The notes beneath the pieces were generated by a model. The model was not told the DNA's origin, ran no database searches, and was given only the letters and a program-made list of their open reading frames with translations. Below, piece by piece: positions 60,208-64,000 of a stretch of 64,000 nt of DNA. Position 1 is the stretch's first letter. Each line of letters begins with the position of its first letter. Position numbers and translations under genes: made by a program. The stretch comes from Candidatus Komeilibacteria bacterium (lineage in GTDB: Bacteria > Patescibacteriota > Patescibacteriia > UBA1558 > GWA2-36-10), in the NCBI GenBank assembly GCA_018656065.1, contig JABHZY010000015.1, forward strand, positions 5,622 to 69,621, given 5' to 3'.

Positions 60208-61938
60208 ATGGCATCTCGTTTACCAATACCACAAGACGAATTAAAAAAAATACTTTTTGAGGCGAAAATAGTTAAAGAAGAAGAGTGGAAAGAAGCAGAA
60301 GATAATGCACATCGTCGCCGTAGAGGAGTAGAGGAAGTTTTAATAGAACGTGGATTTTTGAATTCGCGTTATTTATATGAATTAATTAGCGATAAGTTAA
60401 AAGTTCCTTTTATTAACTTACGTAAAAGAAAATTAGATCATGAAGTTTTAAATATTATTGATGAAAAAACAGCTCGTCAGGCTAAAGCTATACCTTTTGC
60501 ATTAGAAAAAGGCAAACTTAAAGTAGCCTTTGTTGATCCAAAAGATAAAGATAAGATAAGTCTAATAAAAAAAGCTAGTAAAAAGAGAGTAGAAGTCTTT
60601 ATGACTAGCTACAAAAATTTTCTTTTTGCTTCTCGTTTGTATCAAAAGGATATACAAGAGGAGCTTAATCAAATATTAGATGACAAAATATTAAAAGTAG
60701 ATGGTAAGCCCACAGAAGTAGAAGTTCCTATTATAAAAATTATTGATGCTATTTTAGAATCAGCTTTATTTGAACAAGCCTCCGATGTTCATATAGAAGC
60801 CTTGCCTGATGCAGTAGTAGTTCGTTTTAGAGTAGATGGTGATCTTCATGATGTAGTAGAGTTGCCATCGTCTACGCATGATGCTTTGATAGCTCGTATT
60901 AAAATTTTGTCTAATTTGCGTATTGATGAACATCGTGTTCCTCAAGATGGTCGTTTTTCTTTTAAAATAGAAGATGAGGAAGAATCAGTTAGGGTTTCTG
61001 TTTTACCAGCTTTTTATGGAGAAAAGATAGTTATGCGTATGATGACAGATGACGCTCAAAACCTTAGTTTAGAAGATTTAGGATTTTTGGAACATAATCA
61101 AGAGATTATGATTAGGCAGGTAAAGAAGCCATTTGGTATGATACTTGTGGTAGGGCCAACTGGTTCTGGTAAAACCACCACTCTTTATTCAGTGCTGAAT
61201 ATTTTGAATACGGAGGAAGTAAATATTTCTACAATTGAAGATCCAATAGAATACGGCGTGCATAGAGTTAACCAAACTCAAACTAATACAAAAGCAGGCT
61301 ATGATTTTGCTAATGGTTTACGGGCTTTGCTTCGTCAAGATCCAGATATTATAATGATTGGTGAAATTAGAGATAATGACACAGCTCAAATTGCTGTTAG
61401 AGCTGGTTTGACTGGTCATTTAGTATTATCTACTCTTCATACCAATAATGCTAGTGGCGCGCCGCCTAGGTTAGCAGATATGGGGGTAGAGCCTTTTCTG
61501 GTGGCGTCTACACTTAATTTAGTGATTGCACAGAGATTGGTAAGGCGTATTTGTTTGAATTGTATTGAAAGTTTTAAATTAACTAAAGATCAATTAAAAA
61601 GTCTTAATCAAGAATTTGATTTGGAAGAAATGTTTAATCGTTTTAAAGAACTTAAGTTAATTGAAGATAATATTGTATCTTTTTCTAAACTAACTTTTTA
61701 TAAAGGAAAGGGTTGTTCTAGATGTAATGGTTCTGGTTATCACAAGCGGATTGCAGTTTTAGAATTATTAGAAAATAATAAAAAAATAGGAGATTGTATT
61801 ATCCAAAATTCTACATCTGCCGAAATAGAGAGTGTCGCCAAAGAACAGGGGATGATTACTATTTTTGAAGATGGTATGCAAAAAGTTCTTTTGGGTATGA
61901 CAACTATAGAAGAAGTATTACGTATTAAAAGAGTATAA
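60208..61938 (+). CDS. pilB: Type IV pilus assembly ATPase (PilB/GspE family)
   Basis: T2SSE_N-like N-terminus, Walker A GPTGSGKTTT, a tetracysteine CLNC...CSRCNG, and Asp/His boxes. Confidence 0.9.
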   Translation: MASRLPIPQDELKKILFEAKIVKEEEWKEAEDNAHRRRRGVEEVLIERGFLNSRYLYELISDKLKVPFINLRKRKLDHEVLNIIDEKTARQAKAIPFALEKGKLKVAFVDPKDKDKISLIKKASKKRVEVFMTSYKNFLFASRLYQKDIQEELNQILDDKILKVDGKPTEVEVPIIKIIDAILESALFEQASDVHIEALPDAVVVRFRVDGDLHDVVELPSSTHDALIARIKILSNLRIDEHRVPQDGRFSFKIEDEEESVRVSVLPAFYGEKIVMRMMTDDAQNLSLEDLGFLEHNQEIMIRQVKKPFGMILVVGPTGSGKTTTLYSVLNILNTEEVNISTIEDPIEYGVHRVNQTQTNTKAGYDFANGLRALLRQDPDIIMIGEIRDNDTAQIAVRAGLTGHLVLSTLHTNNASGAPPRLADMGVEPFLVASTLNLVIAQRLVRRICLNCIESFKLTKDQLKSLNQEFDLEEMFNRFKELKLIEDNIVSFSKLTFYKGKGCSRCNGSGYHKRIAVLELLENNKKIGDCIIQNSTSAEIESVAKEQGMITIFEDGMQKVLLGMTTIEEVLRIKRV

Positions 61939-61940
61939 GT

Positions 61941-63230
61941 ATGGAATATTTAGATAATAGAAATAAAAAGACTAATACTAATGCTAATTTAGATATTGGT
62001 AAATTAACAGGTGACGGTGAATTAACAAAGACTAAGCCTAATATGTCATCTTTTAAACTTTATACTGGTAAAAAGAAAAAGGTTGCTAAGAAAAAAGCTT
62101 CTAAACTTAAAGTGGACAAAAAAGATCAAAAAAAAATTACAAAGAAATCAGTCGCACCAAAGCATAAATATAAAATTGAGATGTTTAATATAGTATCTCT
62201 GACAGACAAAATGCTTTTTATGGATAATATGTCTACTATGCTTAGGGCCGGCTTATCACTTACTCCAGCTCTTAAAACTATTAAGAACGAAATAAAAAAT
62301 AAATATTTTAAAGAAGTATTAGAATATTTAGTTTATCATATTGAAAATGGACAATCACTTTCTAGTGGTATGAAAAATTATCCAAAAGTATTTTCAGGTA
62401 TGATTATAGCCACTATAGAAGTGGGTGAAAATACTGGCATGTTGTCTGATACTTTTGGACATTTGGCAGACATTATGAAACGTCAAAAAGAACTTCGTAA
62501 TAAGGTAATAGGAGCCATGATGTATCCAGTAATAGTTATTTTGGCTTTATTGGTAGTTAGTGGTTTTTTAGCGATGGTTATATTTCCACAGTTGATAGAT
62601 CTTTTTCAGTCAGGTGGAGTAAAATTACCATTTGTTTTAGTGGCTGTTCAGACTTTTAACTTTATAGTAAGAAATTATTGGCATCTTTGTTTGGGTGGTT
62701 TATTTGGTTTAATAGTATTATTTAAAATTATATTTTCTAAACAAGGGCCAAAATTATTATTAAGTAGAGCTATTTTAAAAACACCTTTTTTAGGTAAAAT
62801 TAATCAAGAATTAGCCTTGACTCGTTTCGCAGGTAATCTTAACGCTCTATTAGCAGCAGGATTAGGAATTGTTCAGTCAATGGAGATTGTTGCTAAGACA
62901 GTTGGCAATCTACAATATAAAGAAGAAATTTTGTTAATGGCTAAAGAACTGGAAAAAGGTCAGTCATTACAAATAGCTATGGCTAAAAGACCGGATTTAT
63001 TTCCATCTTTAACTATACAGTTGGTACAGGTAGGGGAAACTACGGGTCAGTTAGAAGAGATATTAGCAAAGATTTCTGAATTTTATGGCGATAGAGTTGA
63101 TAGTGTTTTGAATAATTTATCTACAATTTTAGAACCTGTTTTGTTAGTGATAGTTGGAATAGCAGTAGGTTTTATTGCTGTATCAGTTATTGGGCCAATG
63201 TATGAACTAACCAATTCTTTTGCCGAGTAA
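61941..63230 (+). CDS. pilC: Type IV pilus platform protein (PilC/GspF family)
   Basis: Two GspF-type repeats and 3 TM helices. GE.TG motifs (EVGENTGML, QVGETTGQL). Confidence 0.85.
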   Translation: MEYLDNRNKKTNTNANLDIGKLTGDGELTKTKPNMSSFKLYTGKKKKVAKKKASKLKVDKKDQKKITKKSVAPKHKYKIEMFNIVSLTDKMLFMDNMSTMLRAGLSLTPALKTIKNEIKNKYFKEVLEYLVYHIENGQSLSSGMKNYPKVFSGMIIATIEVGENTGMLSDTFGHLADIMKRQKELRNKVIGAMMYPVIVILALLVVSGFLAMVIFPQLIDLFQSGGVKLPFVLVAVQTFNFIVRNYWHLCLGGLFGLIVLFKIIFSKQGPKLLLSRAILKTPFLGKINQELALTRFAGNLNALLAAGLGIVQSMEIVAKTVGNLQYKEEILLMAKELEKGQSLQIAMAKRPDLFPSLTIQLVQVGETTGQLEEILAKISEFYGDRVDSVLNNLSTILEPVLLVIVGIAVGFIAVSVIGPMYELTNSFAE

Positions 63231-63235
63231 TCTTT

Positions 63236-63712
63236 ATGTTTATAAAAAATCAAAGAGGAGTAAGTATATTGGAAGTATTATTTATTCTTATGATTGTTGC
63301 TATTGTTATGAGTATGGGTTTTTCAGCATATCGTGTTTGGCAAAGACAGGTTTTACTTACTAATACTCGTGATGAGCTTAAAAGCGCCTTGGTTAGAGCT
63401 CAGCAATTAGCTACAGCTGCTGCTGATAACCGTGCTTGGGGTATGCGCTTAGCTACTAGCTCCTATACTATTTTTCCAGGTAATTTTTATAATGACTCAG
63501 ATCCTGATAATAAAACTTGGGAGTTAAGAGATATAGAAATAGTAGATTCATATATTACTTTCGCTGATGGTGCTGGAGGTTATTCCTCCGATGTAGTATT
63601 TTCTAAATTCGATGGTGATACCTATAATACGGGCACTGTTAGTATTATAGTATCAGCTCAAGCGGAGCTTAGTAAAAACATAACAGTTTTATCTTCAGGA
63701 CAAATTGATTAA
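63236..63712 (+). CDS. Pseudopilin / minor pilin-like protein
   Basis: NQRG/VSILEVLFILMIVAIV prepilin-type signal. Confidence 0.7.
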   Translation: MFIKNQRGVSILEVLFILMIVAIVMSMGFSAYRVWQRQVLLTNTRDELKSALVRAQQLATAAADNRAWGMRLATSSYTIFPGNFYNDSDPDNKTWELRDIEIVDSYITFADGAGGYSSDVVFSKFDGDTYNTGTVSIIVSAQAELSKNITVLSSGQID

Positions 63713-63716
63713 TATG

Positions 63717-63825
63717 AACCCCGTTAGAAATTTACTCTAATGGGGCTAGGAATAATAATATTAAATAATTGAGTACTAATTTTACTTTATGCTAAAAGTA
63801 AAACGAAAAAGAATTTCTAACGGGG
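63717..63825 (+). promoter_or_regulatory. 15-bp perfect inverted repeat bracketing the start of the next pilin gene, with a competing local hairpin
   Basis: ACCCCGTTAGAAATT (63717-63731) and AATTTCTAACGGGGT (63811-63825). The first arm can alternatively pair with CTAATGGGG (63736-63744). Confidence 0.45.
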
Positions 63826-64000
63826 TGAAAAAGTTAGCAAAACAAGAAGGTTTTTCTTTAATGGAATTATTAATAGTAATTTCTTTTGTTAGTGCTATGA
63901 CTTTATTAATTGTAGCTGTGTCTGTTTCAAATAATAAATTAAGATATATAAACGAAGAAAGAACGCAGGCTTTATTTTATTCTACAGAAGCTTTAGAAGC
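63788..64000 (+). CDS. Pilin-like protein, 5' part (runs off window)
   Basis: My translation is MLKVKRKRISNGVKKLAKQEG/FSLMELLIVISFVSAMTLL, with a class III signal and Glu at +5. Not in the ORF track. Confidence 0.65.

Noticed and set aside
63779-63802. 9-bp hairpin TTTTACTTT-ATGCTA-AAAGTAAAA enclosing the pilin start codon
   Set aside because: It is almost pure A/T (one G-C pair). Such stems arise easily by chance in about 30% GC DNA and would be very weak. It is mentioned only as context for the stronger 15-bp repeat.
1-64000. CRISPR array, diversity-generating retroelement, transposase/IS element, prophage
   Set aside because: I found no regularly spaced direct repeats with unique spacers, no reverse transcriptase, no template/variable repeat pair, and no transposase or integrase motifs in any ORF. 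The repeats present are short hairpin elements only.
1-64000. Alternative genetic code (UGA recoding as in some CPR lineages)
   Set aside because: Long ORFs are intact under the standard code. TGA is used as a functional stop at sensible gene ends (for example 22345-22347, 35105-35107, 47835-47837).

Overview
AT-rich bacterial window, about 28-32% GC on the lines I counted by hand. Genes are tightly packed and almost none has a Shine-Dalgarno sequence. Many TGnTATAAT extended -10 promoters are fused directly to the T-run of the preceding terminator, and several starts look leaderless. Together with type IV pilus genes and giant surface proteins, this style suggests a CPR/Patescibacteria-like small genome (inference only).

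Left third (1-21.4 kb, mostly minus strand): a methyltransferase fragment, an HD hydrolase plus a Tmk-like::DUF1846 fusion, a PEP-utiliser swivel-domain protein and a class II Fic. These are followed by a class II RNR (nrdJ) with two NrdR boxes, a beta-CASP MBL RNase, DUF2207, a HAD nucleotidase and a TrmB regulator. A redox/Fe-S operon follows (ferredoxin-nifS-nifU-SOD-patatin-peroxiredoxin). An 0.8-kb block at 14.44-15.25 kb is about 60% GC, carries one histidine-phosphatase gene with a strong SD, and is flanked by 17-bp imperfect direct repeats. It looks like a recent foreign insertion.

21.4-22.9 kb is a gene-poor islet with a tiny promoter+hairpin RNA and tandem paralogous mini-ORFs behind (YAAAAA)n tracts.

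Middle: korAB, a prepilin-like gene, a 1275-aa surface protein, a histidine kinase, rpe-nudix-rpiB, tRNA-Arg(UCU) and tRNA-His(GUG).

The most unusual structure runs from the 3' end of tRNA-His to about 47.8 kb. It holds roughly a dozen ORFan or secreted-protein cassettes, each bounded by a reiterated composite junction. The junction consists of an E-box, a degenerate tRNA-His acceptor minihelix, GC-rich palindromic inserts, a conserved-stem terminator, a TGGTATAAT promoter and a conserved leader. No recombinase is visible in the window.

Right third: patatin, Gmad2, an ECF sigma module, a copper cluster (HMA-TauE-cupredoxin, copA), membrane proteins, a YbaK-like protein, and a pilB-pilC-pseudopilin cluster running off the window.

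Several further interspersed GC-rich repeat families are mapped. All functional calls rest on motifs I recognise by eye; no database search was possible.
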